NCBI RefSeq assembly: GCF_006345805.1
Contig: NC_043020.1
Location: 29,512,001-29,576,000 of the forward strand
Source of the DNA: Octopus sinensis
Taxonomy: Eukaryota
Direction: 5' to 3'
DNA: 64,000 nt
Within the stretch, counting starts at the first letter, position 1. Each line of letters starts with the position of its first letter. The translations under genes and the position numbers were made by a program. The notes beneath the pieces were generated by a model, which saw only the letters and a list, made by a program, of their open reading frames with translations, had not been told where the DNA came from and made no database searches. Of this stretch, positions 12,771 to 24,965 are shown piece after piece.

Positions 12771-14134
12771 ATTTTGTCGGTTCCCTATTCTTACTGTATA
12801 TCCTCATTTACATGCAGACATGGGTTGGACAGATCTGACTGCGTCTCAGCACTTTTTGTGGTCATTCATATTCTTACAAACTTTACAGCAGAGAAAAACC
12901 ATCAGTTTTTGTTGTCGCATCATTCTCAGGTCCACTTTTCCATGCTTGCATGAGTTGGACGGAATTTATTGCAGCAGAGATTCTACACCTGGATGCCTTT
13001 CCTGTCATCAACTCTCACCTTTTTTTCCAACCAATCTAATATTTTTCTATGGCCAAACATATTTTGTGCAGAATATCAGAAATGAACGACACTGCTTGTA
13101 TGACAGTGACACTCGTTTACAGCTATCATATGATATCAAAACAAAGAGACACCCAAGCATACACATGCTCAAGCACACAGACATATTCACATATAAAACC
13201 ATAAAAACCCATATCAGGTACCAGCTAAATACTGGGGTTGATTTACTAGAGGAATCCCTTGCTTCAAAAAATGCTTGCCTTGCATTACCAGGAATAATTA
13301 AAGTGTCTGATGATTGTTGCAGATTATGAACATTTCCAAATCTTTGTGTGTGCATGGGTGTGTGTGAAATTTAATTTTTCATATCAAACATACTCACAGC
13401 CCACTTGAATTGGCTCAAGAGGAACAAAGTTTTCTTGCATGTTGCACGGGTTAATAATTTAAATAAACATCTTGCTCGTTATCTCACTTAACAGAGACAG
13501 AACACAATGAGACGTTTGATAAGTTATTGATGCCACCTGGTGAAATATTAATGTTAAATGTCTCTAACATTTCTTGGCCAAATCTCAAAGGAAGCACTGT
13601 TGATATTGATGTATCTGCTTCTGTTATTATTCTTTGCCAGTGGTACATAAAAAGCACCCATGCTGGTGCCACATAAAGGACATTGGGTCAATGTCACATA
13701 AAAAGTACTTGTGCCAGCACCACATAAGACATTTGGGTCAGTGTCACGTAAAAAGTACTTGTGCTGGTGTTACGTAAGAAGCACCGGGTACACTCTGTAG
13801 AGTGGTTGGCATTAGGAATGGCATCCAGCCATAAAAACAATGCCAAAACGGACAGTTGGAACCGGAACAGCTCTCCAGGTTCGCCAGCTCCTGTCAAACT
13901 GTACAATCCATGCCAGCATGGGAAACGGATGTTAATGATGATGATTTCTGTTTAAATACACTGCCTCTGTTTTAAATGATTTCATAAAATAACTTTGCTG
14001 TTATCACCCTGGTGCATGGAACATAAAGGAACGAAGTTTTCTCGGAACGGTTTAATATACATCATTTTAACCCTTAAACGGCAAACCTCATCAATTAACA
14101 TTGCATTAGAGAACAGGGAACATTATCAGTTGAC

Positions 14135-14388
14135 ATGTGCCGGTGGCATGTGTAAAAGATTCGAGCGAGATCATTGCCAGTACCGCCTGACTGGCCCTGT
14201 GCCGGTGGCACGTAAAAGCACCCACTACACTCTCGGAGTGGTTGGCGTTAGGAAGTGCATCTAGCTGTAGAAACTCTGCCAGATCAAGATTGGAGCCAGG
14301 TGCAGCCATCTGGTTCACCAGCCCTCAGTTAAAATCGTCCAACCCATGCTAGCATGGAAAGCGGATGTTAAACGATGATGATGATGAT
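14135..14388 (+). mobile_element. SINE family C with (GAT)n tail
   Basis: GTGCCGGTGGCACGTAAAAGCACCCACTACACTCTCGGAGTGGTTGGCGTTAGG...GTTAAACGATGATGATGATG. Confidence 0.85.
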
Positions 14389-15699
14389 GTCAACAATTTT
14401 ACATGGCTACCACAATCTTCAAGTGAATCTTTTACAACACTTTTCGTTGGTAAGATTGTAAATTTTATTATGCAAGAGACTAACAATTGTTGTAGTTTTT
14501 GTACTAATTCTAAGGAGAAAGCCGAGTATAAAATATTACCCGGAAGAATAGTTTGTGTTTTTGCCCATTTGGCACACCCATTCATGCACCACTTTTCCTT
14601 TGCAGTTTAAAGGTTGTAACAGGAAGTTTGTAGCATAGCAAACGGAGGTGGTCTCAGGCATGCTGGTAGCAAAATTAATCACTTATGATGATTCTATTAA
14701 TATACACACTTTCTATGAAATAATCTTATCTTTTACTTCTTTCATTCATTGGATTGTGGCCATGCTGGGGCACTGCCTCAAAAACTTTCAGTACAACAAT
14801 TCAACTCCAGTACGTTTTTTTTTATAAACCTGGCACTTAATTTATCAGTTTCTTTTGCTGAACTGCTAAGTTATGGTGGTGTAAACACACCAACACCAGT
14901 TGTCAAGTGGGATGGGGTGGGGAGCAGGCACACTTACATAACAGGTTTCTTTCTATTTTTGTCTACCAAGTCCCCTCACAAGGCTTTGGTCAACTGGAGA
15001 CTATAGTGGAAGACCCTTGACCAAGGTCACTGATTTAGTAAAATAACTTTCGTCATTATTTAGCTGGTGTTTGGAACATAAAGTGACACAAAACTATAAT
15101 GGCAGCTTCTAATTTAAATCGCTTTAAAACAGGAAGTTTGTGTCCTAAAACCAGGTATGTCTCGGGTGGATTGGTAGGGTTAATCCTTTTCTTACAATAT
15201 TTTTATTGAAATAAGGCGGCGAGCTGGCAGAAATGTTAGCATGCTGGGTGAAATGCTTACCGGTATTTCATCTGTCTTTACGTTCTGAGTTCAAATTCCA
15301 CCAAGGTCAACTTTGCCTTTCATCTTTTCGGGATCAATAAATTAAGCACCACTTACATATTGGAGTGATCTAATCGACTGGCTCCCTCCCCAAAAATTTC
15401 GTGCCTTGTACCTAGAGTAGAAAAAAATATATATTTTTATTGAAATGCACTGCATTACTAAACTGATGTTTGGGACATAAATTAATATAAAATTAGACAA
15501 CACCCTCCACTCCTAATTTCAGCTACACCATATTCAGAGGAAAATAGTTTCTAATGCATTAAAGCTTCTTGCATGTAAGATCCCCAGGTGGCTTTCTTTT
15601 TTTTTTTTGAGACCTTTTGTGGGGGGAAAAGTCTGTCTTATATTGTCATTGTAACCCTTTATCATTCTGTTTCCTCTGCAAAATGTGAAGCTTGTTCAC

Positions 15700-15875
15700 A
15701 TTATTTTGAATCCACCATGCATAATATCATAGCCTTGAGACTTAAATGATGTTATTGATGGTTTTTAAAATGACATTGTAAGGTAGGTGTGAGAGGCCAA
15801 ATCTGACCAGTTTAAGCTTAAAACAGGCAAAATATTTGGGGCTGGATCTGGCCAGTTTAAATGCTAAAGGGTTGA
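15700..15875 (-). mobile_element. piggyBac-type MITE fragment
   Basis: Ends ...TTTAAATGCTAAAGGG|TTGAA; body is the reverse complement of 44247-44406. Confidence 0.6.
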
Positions 15876-16869
15876 AACAGGAAGCTTGTGTCAGAGAGCC
15901 AGGAGTGATCTCAGGAAAGGTGGGCATTGAAAAAGAATTACTCCACAATACTTTGACTGGTGAGGCAAGGGTCACCTAATTCTTTCCCAATAAGTATTTT
16001 ATGAACAATATAAAGAACAGCAGCAGCAGCAGCTCAACAATAGAAATAGTAAATAAAGAACAGCTTGAGAAGTCTTAGTGTAACAATGATTTGTATAAGG
16101 AAGGGAGCCCGGGCCAAGCAAAGGGTCAGTAGGTCATAGCAATGGGAGCTTCTGAAGATCTGTTTTCCCATTGGCTTTGTACAGTTCGTTACTTAATACT
16201 TTGACAATTAAATCTTTCATCTGTTGACATTAATACTTCTGAATTATTTCTGGGAATCTTTTCTTTTTCCTTTTTTTCTTTTTATTTTTTTTATAAGTGA
16301 TGTTTAAGCTTCATTGTTTGTTTGTTGGAGAAGACACGAACAATAGCAACGGTGGTGGTGTTGTCTGTTGCTTCAAAAGCCAGTTTGTTTATTTGGTGGT
16401 GCCCTGAAGGCAGAAATAAATTAATCCCGTAAATAAAGGAACTACTGGCTACATGAGCCGAGCTAAGAACACTCACGGTTAATAAAGGACTCCACTTAAA
16501 TATCATTTCCTCCGCTTTTGTTCCCAAGTCAAGCTACAGAAGCAGCCGAAGTCAACCATGTCCCACTCAAGCTTATTTCCCTCGTTTCGTTTCTTACTCA
16601 TCATCTGTTGCACACACTAACAGCTGCCCTCGTTAATCTATTTGTCTTCTTGTTGTTCGTTTGTTTATTTAACCTTAAATATACTCTGGGCCACTACATC
16701 AAAGGCTTTCTGAATTAGCAAAATCATTCGAGCATCTAAACAAAAACGCTTCACAATATTTGCTCTGACTCTCTCTTCTCTGGGTTCAAATCCTGGTGAG
16801 GTCTTCTTTGCTTTTCATACTTTCAGGGTTGATGTAAAAAAGAAAAAAGAAACAAGGTACCATAGGTGT

Positions 16870-17050
16870 AGGAGTGGCTGTGTGGTAAGTAGCTTGCTTA
16901 CCAACCACATGGTTCCGCGTTCAGTCCCACTGCGTGGCACCTTGGGCAAATGTCTTCTACTTAGCCTTGGGCCAATCAAAGCCTTGTGAGTGGATTTGGT
17001 AAACGGAAACTGAAAGAAGCCCGTCGTATATATGTATATATATATATATA

Positions 17051-17081
<31 letters not shown>

Positions 17082-17229
17082 GTGCGTGTGTGTATATGTT
17101 TGTGTCTGTGTTTGTGCCCCTAACATCGCTTGACAACTGATGCAAAAGACACTGATAGAATAAGTACTAGGCTTACAAAGAATAAGTCCGGGGGTCGATT
17201 TGCTCGACTAAAGGCGGTGCTCCAGCATG
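16870..17229 (+). mobile_element. SINE family A
   Basis: AGGAGTGGCTGTGTGGTAAGTAGC...(TA)n...GGCGGTGCTCCAGCATG. Confidence 0.85.
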
Positions 17230-17687
17230 AAATTGTTGGGGAGGTGGTCTAGTCAATTACATCAACCCCAGTATTCAACTGGTACTTATTTTATCAACCC
17301 CAAAAGGATGGAAGGGAAAGTCAACAAAAATTTGAACTTAGAACACATGTCCAGCATAATAACAATTTTGAAATAATAAGGGTTAATTAAAACAGCTTAG
17401 TCATTTTCAATGTGGTGGTTAGAACATCAATTAACATGAAATTTTAATGAGAAGTTTTCATTTAGATCACTTAAAACAAGCAGTTTATATCCTAGAACCA
17501 AGGGCAGTTCCGGGCAAGTTGGTATCAGAATGGCTAATTATGTTATCACGAGATGGTGAGAGAGTTGACTCGCATAGATGGTCAGCATGCTAGAAATAAC
17601 AGTCAAATTTCCCTCAAATCAGAAATCCCCTCACCAATCTTTTTTTCACTAAGGAAGGATACATCTGATAATGCTGTCCTATATACC

Positions 17688-17904
17688 TATTTCTTTACTG
17701 CCCACAAAGGGATAAACATAGAGAGGACTAACAAGGACAGACAAACGGATTAAGTCGATTATATAACTGGTACTTCATTTATCGACCCCGAAAGGATGAA
17801 AGGCAAAGTCGACCTCGGCGAAATTTGAACTCAGAATGTAGCGGCAGATGAAATACTGCTAAGCATTTCGCCCAGCATGCCAACGTTTCTGCCAGCTTGC
17901 CGCC
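17688..17904 (-). mobile_element. SINE family B
   Basis: Near-complete copy ending GCCAGCTTGCCGCC. Confidence 0.85.
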
Positions 17905-18227
17905 TGTCCTATATACCTTAAAAAAAATTTTTCGAAAATGGGAAGGTCACGACTGGAATACTTTTGATGATAGGTTTGTGCTGTGCAATAAAAATTAACC
18001 TGGAGCTCATCAACAATGACAGCTTTCACCTGCTTTATTTCCTATTATCCTCCTTATCTCATCTCATTTTAATATTCCACCCTCAGCCTCCACCACCGTC
18101 ACCACTGTACATTGCCTGAACTGATAAGACCCTTACTTCTCATTCAGCTTGAAACAGTTTGATTGATTGGTTTATAATTAAGCAGCAGCTCGTTTGTATA
18201 TTTTTGATGTTAATTTTGTCGTTTCAG

Positions 18228-18264
18228 TGACAAGATTAACAGTGGATTGATTTACACAGACAAG
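18228..18264 (+). other. RASSF8: Candidate 5'UTR micro-exon 1 (37 nt)
   Basis: TTTTGTCGTTTCAG|TGACAAG...GACAAG|GTGAGT, with canonical acceptor and donor. Confidence 0.55.
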
Positions 18265-18454
18265 GTGAGTGTTTGTTTAGCAATTGGATGGTGGGGCTCT
18301 CTCTCTTTCTTTCTCTTTCTTTTACATCGATGGCTTAAATCAATGATAGGGTCTATACCAGAGACCCCTTATTTTTAGGGCCTCCAAGAAATGCTGTTTT
18401 GGTGGGCAGCTGCCACAGGGGGTTGTTCTGTGTATTTCTATATTTTCGTTTCAG

Positions 18455-18487
18455 TGACAAGATTAACGACAGATTTAAACAGACCAG
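18455..18487 (+). other. RASSF8: Candidate 5'UTR micro-exon 2 (33 nt), paralog of micro-exon 1
   Basis: TATTTTCGTTTCAG|TGACAAGATTAAC...GACCAG|GTATTT. Confidence 0.45.
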
Positions 18488-18749
18488 GTATTTGTCTAGC
18501 AATTAGAGGGTAGGAGATGGCTTAATCAGAGATAGAGCAACCCTCCAGGATCCCTTTTTATAGAGCTTCCAATTTTGCAGTAGCAAGCAGCTGCAACAGG
18601 GGTCATTTTCTATGTGTTTGTGTATTTTCGTTATATTTATAAATTTTGTTTTTATTTCATTTAACCTTTGTTTTTTTTGTTTTTGCTTTTTACAAATTAC
18701 TGATTTTTACATTTTTCTTTTGTTTTTTTCGGTCTTCTGCAGGTGAAAT

Positions 18750-18791
18750 ATGGTGAAAGTCTCACAGATTTCTGATTCTGCGTTTTGGTGA
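18750..18791 (+). promoter_or_regulatory. In-frame uORF (MVKVSQISDSAFW*)
   Basis: ATG 7 nt into the exon (acceptor TTCTGCAG at 18742); stop TGA lies 12 nt before the main ATG in the same frame. Confidence 0.6.
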
Positions 18792-18803
18792 CACAAGCGA
18801 GAA

Positions 18804-20208
18804 ATGGAACTGAAAGTAATTGTCGACGGCTTCATCCGGGTGGTCTGTGGGGTGAGCGAGGAAACGACCTGCCAGGATATCGTCATTGCCCTTGCACGTG
18901 CCATCGGCCGGGCGGGTCGCTTCTCTCTGTTGGAGAAATGGCGCAATCAGGAACGTTCGTTACCACCTTGGGAGAAACCTTTTCTAGTTCTGCAGAAATG
19001 GGGCCAGTATGCATCAGACGTGCAGTTTATCTTGCAGCAAACGGATACTGTACCTGCAACTACAAAACCTAAGGAATGTCTCGATAAATCTGGTGCTTCG
19101 TCCAATGATGCCATGAGGGCACAGAATCTGTCCCCAATATCATCTCAAGCTCAAGATTACAGTGTGAAGAGGTCCTTAACTTTCAGTGGAGCTATGTACA
19201 GTTCCCAAGAGAAACCAAAACCCTCTCGCTTACATACACGGCGCAGCCTTCCTCTCAGTACCACAAATGAGTCCTCCATACCATCTTCACAAAATTCTTC
19301 CCAATCACATCATCATCATCATCATCCTTATAATAACCAAGTCCCAAAGCAGCCACAATATCACGTTAATTCTTCATCACCATATCAGCAGAATCGACCG
19401 GAACCATCACATTCAAATCAACTCTATACACAACACCAATACCAACAATCACAACAACAACAAAAATTATTTCAAAACCAACATCCAAATATACAAAAAC
19501 CCATATCTTCCATTAAACCTCAACCAAAACCTCGAAATCTTCCACTAAAACCTATTAATGAGAAACAACCAGTTCGGACTATTGGTACTGTGTCTCCGAT
19601 ACAGAGTTACAGTCATTTGTCTCTATCTACAAATCAGGACTTACCAAACAGAATATTGCACAATAATGTTCCAGGACCGAATTCCCAAAACAGAACTGGC
19701 AATGCCGGGGATTCGTCTATGAACAACAATTATTACAGCAGAAATACCAAACCTATTAATAATAATAATAATAGTAATAATAATAATAATAATGACAGTA
19801 ATAATAATAGTAATTCTCACAGACATCTACAGACGTTTAAAAGTGTTCATAACGATGTTGACAAAGTCTTGTCTGAGAAATCGACTTTTAACGAGTTTAA
19901 GGATAATTCAGACATTGACGAGGATAAGAGCAAAGTGTTAAGTACCTTCCATTCTGGCCCCAACAAAACTATTTTGCATGATAAAAGGATTCTATCGGAC
20001 ATCGAAGAATATGATCTTGAGAAAAATTACCCCTTTTCAGCCGTGTCTCCAATGCCGAGCAAAACAGCCGAGTATTACAGGATCCAGGGACAAAACTATG
20101 TTGACCAACTGACCAGAGACCAGGACCCTCAGATTTTGTACCAATTGATTGATCAACAGCATAATGAAATTGAACTGAAAAAGACCATAATTAAGGATTT
20201 AGAACAAG
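18804..20208 (+). CDS. RASSF8: RASSF7/8-like protein, coding exon 1: RA domain + low-complexity linker + start of coiled coil
   Basis: MELKVIVDGFIRVVCGVSEETTCQDIVIALARAIGRAGRFSLLEKWRNQERSL...KWGQYASDVQFIL is the recognisable N-RASSF RA domain; donor CAAG|GTAGGT, phase 1. Confidence 0.93.
19758..19814 (+). repeat. (AAT)n coding microsatellite, poly-Asn
   Basis: Encodes NNNNNSNNNNNNDSNNNSN. Confidence 0.9.
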
Positions 20209-20262
20209 GTAGGTGCTTCTGTCTTATGTTTTTATTGTTATTAAATATTTGGTTTATTTTTC

Positions 20263-20417
20263 GGCATGGCTGTGTGGTTAAGCAGTTTGCCTCCCAACCC
20301 TGTGGTATTCAGTTCAGTCCTACTGTACAAGTGGGGGCAAGAGTCTTCTACTATAGCCTCAGGCCAACCAAAGCTTTGTGAGTGGATTTGGTAGGCAGAA
20401 ACTGAAAGAAGCCCCTG

Positions 20418-20459
<42 letters not shown>

Positions 20460-20670
20460 GTATATGTTTGAGTGTTTGTGTTTCTCCCCCCATCATCGCT
20501 TGACAACCAATGCTGGTGTGTTTACGTCCCCATAACTTAGCGGTTCAGCAAAAGAATCCGATAGGATAAGTACTAGGCTTACAAAGAATAAGTCCTAGAG
20601 TCGATTTGTTTGACTAAAGGTAGTGCTCCAGCATGGCCGCAGTCAAATGACTGAAACAAATAAAAGAATA
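20263..20670 (+). mobile_element. SINE family A, 55 nt downstream of the splice donor
   Basis: Full head, (TA)n and 3' body; the tail of track ORF 18804..20381 is read-through into this SINE. Confidence 0.85.
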
Positions 20671-21061
20671 TATATGTAACTACTTGGACTTTAGGTCTAT
20701 ATCTGTTAGTATGTCGGTTGAAGCACATTGACCATTTGGGCTACCTGAGGTAATCCGCAGTTACGATATAATTTTCACTGGATCCGCATCAGGAAATCCG
20801 TAGTGTTTGTTACGTTTATAATTGATGACAGAAAGGGAAGATGGAATTGGTAAGAATCTTTATTCAGCAGGACAATCGTTTCAACTCCTCCTGCAGCTGT
20901 CACTTGGGGTGCTTGGTGTAAAGCAGGTACTTTCAAGTGATGCAACCTGCACTGGATAATGCAACACAACTAGATGCACAATATCCTGCCCCTAAGGGAC
21001 AGCTACAGGAGGGGTCAAAGCAATCATCATACTAAATCCATCTTCCATTTCCTTCATCAAT

Positions 21062-21097
<36 letters not shown>

Positions 21098-21831
21098 CCT
21101 TTGTCTTGACCTCACATGGTGGTTGTAAACAAGCGCCACTGTCATACAAGCAGTGTTGTTTGCTTCCAGTCTTCCAAGAGAGACATGTCTGGCCATGGGA
21201 AAGATTATCTAACTTGGAGCATCTGTGTATTTACTCTGCTTACTTAGAATAACGACCAAATCTCCCTCAGATTCCACCCTAAATGAGCACATTGGGGATT
21301 CCTAGATATATACTCTCTCTGAAAACATGATGGGATGGTCACAGTTGGAATGTTTTTGACTATAGATCTACTCTGCCAAGGCTGAATTCAGACACCAACA
21401 GCAATAGTACAGCATGAGAGAGAGGAAGAGAGAGTGGAGTGAGAATGAATGGAAGACAAGCACACACCTGTAGAGAAACCTCATTAATAAGCCTGGCTCA
21501 TTAGCGTAATTTCTCAGGCTCTTGTGTGGAGAGCTTGACAGAAATTTTAGATTATGGGAAAGAATGACTGACGTTGCTGATTTAATCCGAGTGGCCTCCT
21601 GCAAAGCTTGATTTGCAGCTTAATTCCAAAATCGGTTTCCCATAAACGGGGTTTCGGAATCCTTAACTCGCGACAACTCATTCAGATTTCTGGAGTTTAG
21701 TAGGGGACCCTTGTTGTTGAAATGTCGATACACTGTGATTATATTCTAATGGTAATTCAGGTTTATGAATTGTTAATACTGAAGCAGGTGCCACACAAAT
21801 TGCAAGCTTGCATGTTATAGTACTCTGTCTC

Positions 21832-21862
<31 letters not shown>

Positions 21863-22893
21863 ACGTGTCGATTAAGTGAAGCTGTTAGTTAACCCAAAAA
21901 AGTTCTCTCAGAGATACAGCGTCTATAGTGAGTGTGTGTGTTTGTGTGTTTCAGTATGTGTGTGATGATGTGTATGTGTTGTAAGTGGGGTATTAGTAAG
22001 ATTTGTGTTGTAAGGAAGTGTCGGTGAGAGATTTGTGTGTATGTGTGTGTAAGTCAGGAATGTGTGTATATGAATCTATTGGCCAACTTATTTGAATCGT
22101 AAAGTAACATAAGACTACCTGTGATTATGTTGGTCTGCATATAAAACCGTGTGTGTGTGTATTTGTGTACATTTGTGCATGTGCACCAATGCTTATGCAA
22201 TCAAGTGCACACATGCTTATGCAATCAAGTGCACACATGCAGTACAGCTGCACACATGCATTGCATGTTACAGAAATAAAACCAAATACTTGGGTCGTCC
22301 ACCAACTATATTTCTGCATGGTTCTGATACATCCTACCTGTGGGGGTTCATACCTTAGCAGAGGAGGGGGTGTTGACGAAAACTCCAGGCTTAATTAATT
22401 CCTCGCCAACTTTCTTCTGCGAATGCCCTTTTACAAAAGATACGAAAGGTTACGACACGTTATTGTTCTACCCTTTGAGATCAGCAGGGGCAGTCCACCT
22501 ATCAGTAAACACCTGTGATCGTGAAATGTCAAGCATTCGATTCTGTTCATTTGACAAATTTGTTCGTTAGTCAAAACACCAAACGCTAAGCTCATTCTTT
22601 AATGACCTTTATCAATAAGTAAATCTTGGAGCTATATCAGAGACATCTGGTGGTGATTACGAAATAATTAGTTTATCTTCTTTCACTCATTAGACTGTGG
22701 CCATGCTGGGGTACCACCTTCAAGGGGTTTTGGTCGAACAAATCAACCCCAATGCTTATTTTTTAAAGTCTGGGACTTAATCTATCAATCCTTTTTTGCT
22801 GAACTGCTTAGTTAAAGGGAAGTAAATCAACCCTGGTTATCAAGCAGTGGGGGGGGGGGGACACAAACACAATGACATAGACACACACATACC

Positions 22894-23123
22894 TATTTCT
22901 TTACTACTCACAAGTAAAGGGGCTAAACATAGAGGGGACAAACAAGGACAGACAAATGGATTAAGTCAATTATATCAATCCCTTGTGCGTAACTGTTACT
23001 TAATTTATCGACCCCGAAAGGATGAAAGGCAAAGTCGACCTCGGCAGAATTTGAACCCAGAACGTAACGGCAGACGAAATATGGCTATGCATTTCGCCCG
23101 GCATGCTAATGTTTCTGCCAGCT
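22894..23123 (-). mobile_element. SINE family B
   Basis: Near-complete copy. Confidence 0.85.
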
Positions 23124-23470
23124 AGACACACACATATACAATCACCATCATCCTAACATTCACACATCCACTTTTCCATGCACACAGAGGTTGGGACATC
23201 CCTCCCTCTCCACTGCTCATCATTCAGCTATTTTCTGATCCGTTCTCTCATTCCTGAGCCATTCTTCTATCTCTCACCCTCCCCCCCTCTTCCTACTGGT
23301 ATTTCCTTCAACAGTACCCCCACCCTTGTTCGTCACTCACTGCATTCACTTCCACTCCCACCCTTAACCATCTCTTACTCTCCCCTCACACTCTCTCTAT
23401 CCTCTCTCCTTTTGCTCACCTTCTTGTACCTTAAGAATTTGTTGTGGCACCTCATTAGAATGACACTAAG

Positions 23471-23700
23471 GCGATGAGCTGGCAGAATTGTTAGCACGCC
23501 GGCCGAAATGCTTAGTGGTATTTCGTCTGTCGTTACGTTCTGAGTTCAAATTTCACTGAGGTCAACTTTGCCTTTCATCCTTTCAGGGTCGATAAATTAA
23601 GTACCAATTATGCTCTGGGATCGATGCAATCGACTTAATCCCTTTGTCTGTCCTTGTTTGTCCCCTCTGTGTTTAGCCCCTTGTGGGCAATAAAGAAATA
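23471..23700 (+). mobile_element. SINE family B with 14-bp TSD
   Basis: Flanked by AGAATGACACTAAG at 23457-23470 and 23701-23714. Confidence 0.9.
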
Positions 23701-23726
23701 AGAATGACACTAAGTTTTATTTTATA

Positions 23727-24122
23727 CTAGCAGTATCGCCCGGCATTGCTCGGGTTGTAAGGGAAATAACTATATAAGCATTTTTAGAGAGTTATAGCCA
23801 AAAAATAGCAAAAAAATGCATTAAAAATTGAAAAAAAATTAAGGTAAATTTTTTTTTTAAATCGTTGACACATCGTAGATATTTTTAGAGAGTTACTTCC
23901 CTTATATAAAAGCGAAAAAAATGCATTAAAATGGAAAAATATGATGGTAATTTTTTTTTAAATCGTAGACTCATCGTAGACGCGCGCTAATACCCAGAAG
24001 GGCTCGATATGAATCACGACTATAAGATACCCGCTTTTGGTTAAACTGCACCGCAAAATGTGGGAGTAGTTATGAATCTAAATCGAAGGGGACAGACACA
24101 CAACTTCACTCTTATATAAAGA
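23727..24122 (-). mobile_element. Non-autonomous Helitron
   Basis: Minus strand A|TC...CTAG|T with a GC-rich hairpin (23738-23755) 11 nt from the 3' end; near-identical copies at 36843 and 37844. Confidence 0.85.
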
Positions 24123-24123
24123 T

Positions 24124-24900
24124 GCTTTTTTTTTCAGTCATAGAGTTAGATTTATGAAGGTCTTCAGTAGAAAATCCTTCGAATTCTGACTCGCTGCTTG
24201 ATATAATGAAATTCGTATCCATTTTTTGTCAGAATTACAAATTTTGAAAACACAAGAACAAATTTCGGAAAAAAAATATCCCATAATTCACGGAATTAAA
24301 ATTACACTTCGATTTTTGTACAAAACTGTATTTGAAGTGTTTACGAAGTATAATACGTGTTTTCACGAATGTACTAAAGAGATTTACTCTGATATTCTCA
24401 TTTAAATATGAATAGGTAAATTCAGGCGGTTTGGTAACGAAAGGGTTTATATAAGTGTCGTCTGTTTATACATAAACACTGTTTCATACTTTCAGTTTAG
24501 TCTTCCTCAAATCACTCTGTCGCTAATTTACTCTCTTCCAAGAACATTTTCACTCACTCTTATCTGTTAGCTTCCTTTACATTTTACTCATGTATCTATC
24601 AGCGTGATAGACAGAAACAAATATTACATCTAGTTTCACTTTATTCGTTGCACACTGTGTGTGTGCGTTTGTGTGTGCTGTAAACCAGACTAAGAAAAGC
24701 ATTTGACATACACACCAGAATGTGAGTTTTCTGTAAATTTTGCTTAATTGGAGTTTAAATTTTAAAAACTGGACCTGGCATGACCCGATGCATTCTACTC
24801 TTAAAAATGCTAGGTAAATTGTAATTGAAGAAATCCTATATTGTAGATTTCTATAACTTACAAAGGGAGGCAGATAAAATCTGCCTTTTATAATAAGAGA
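24124..24900 (-). mobile_element. Probable second Helitron-type element (5' end only) with nested fragments
   Basis: Minus strand starts A|TCTCTTATTATAAAAGGCAGAT; 8-bp hairpin at 24868-24886; internal (GT)n; no clear 3' CTAG. Left boundary uncertain. Confidence 0.45.
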
Positions 24901-24965
24901 TTCATTTATTCCTAAAAAAAACGATTTACTAATATGGTGTTTCTTTATTTCTCTTCATTTCACAG

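Noticed and set aside
20209-20381. C-terminal 57 codons of track ORF 18804..20381
   Set aside because: Read-through past the donor at 20208 into intron and SINE sequence.
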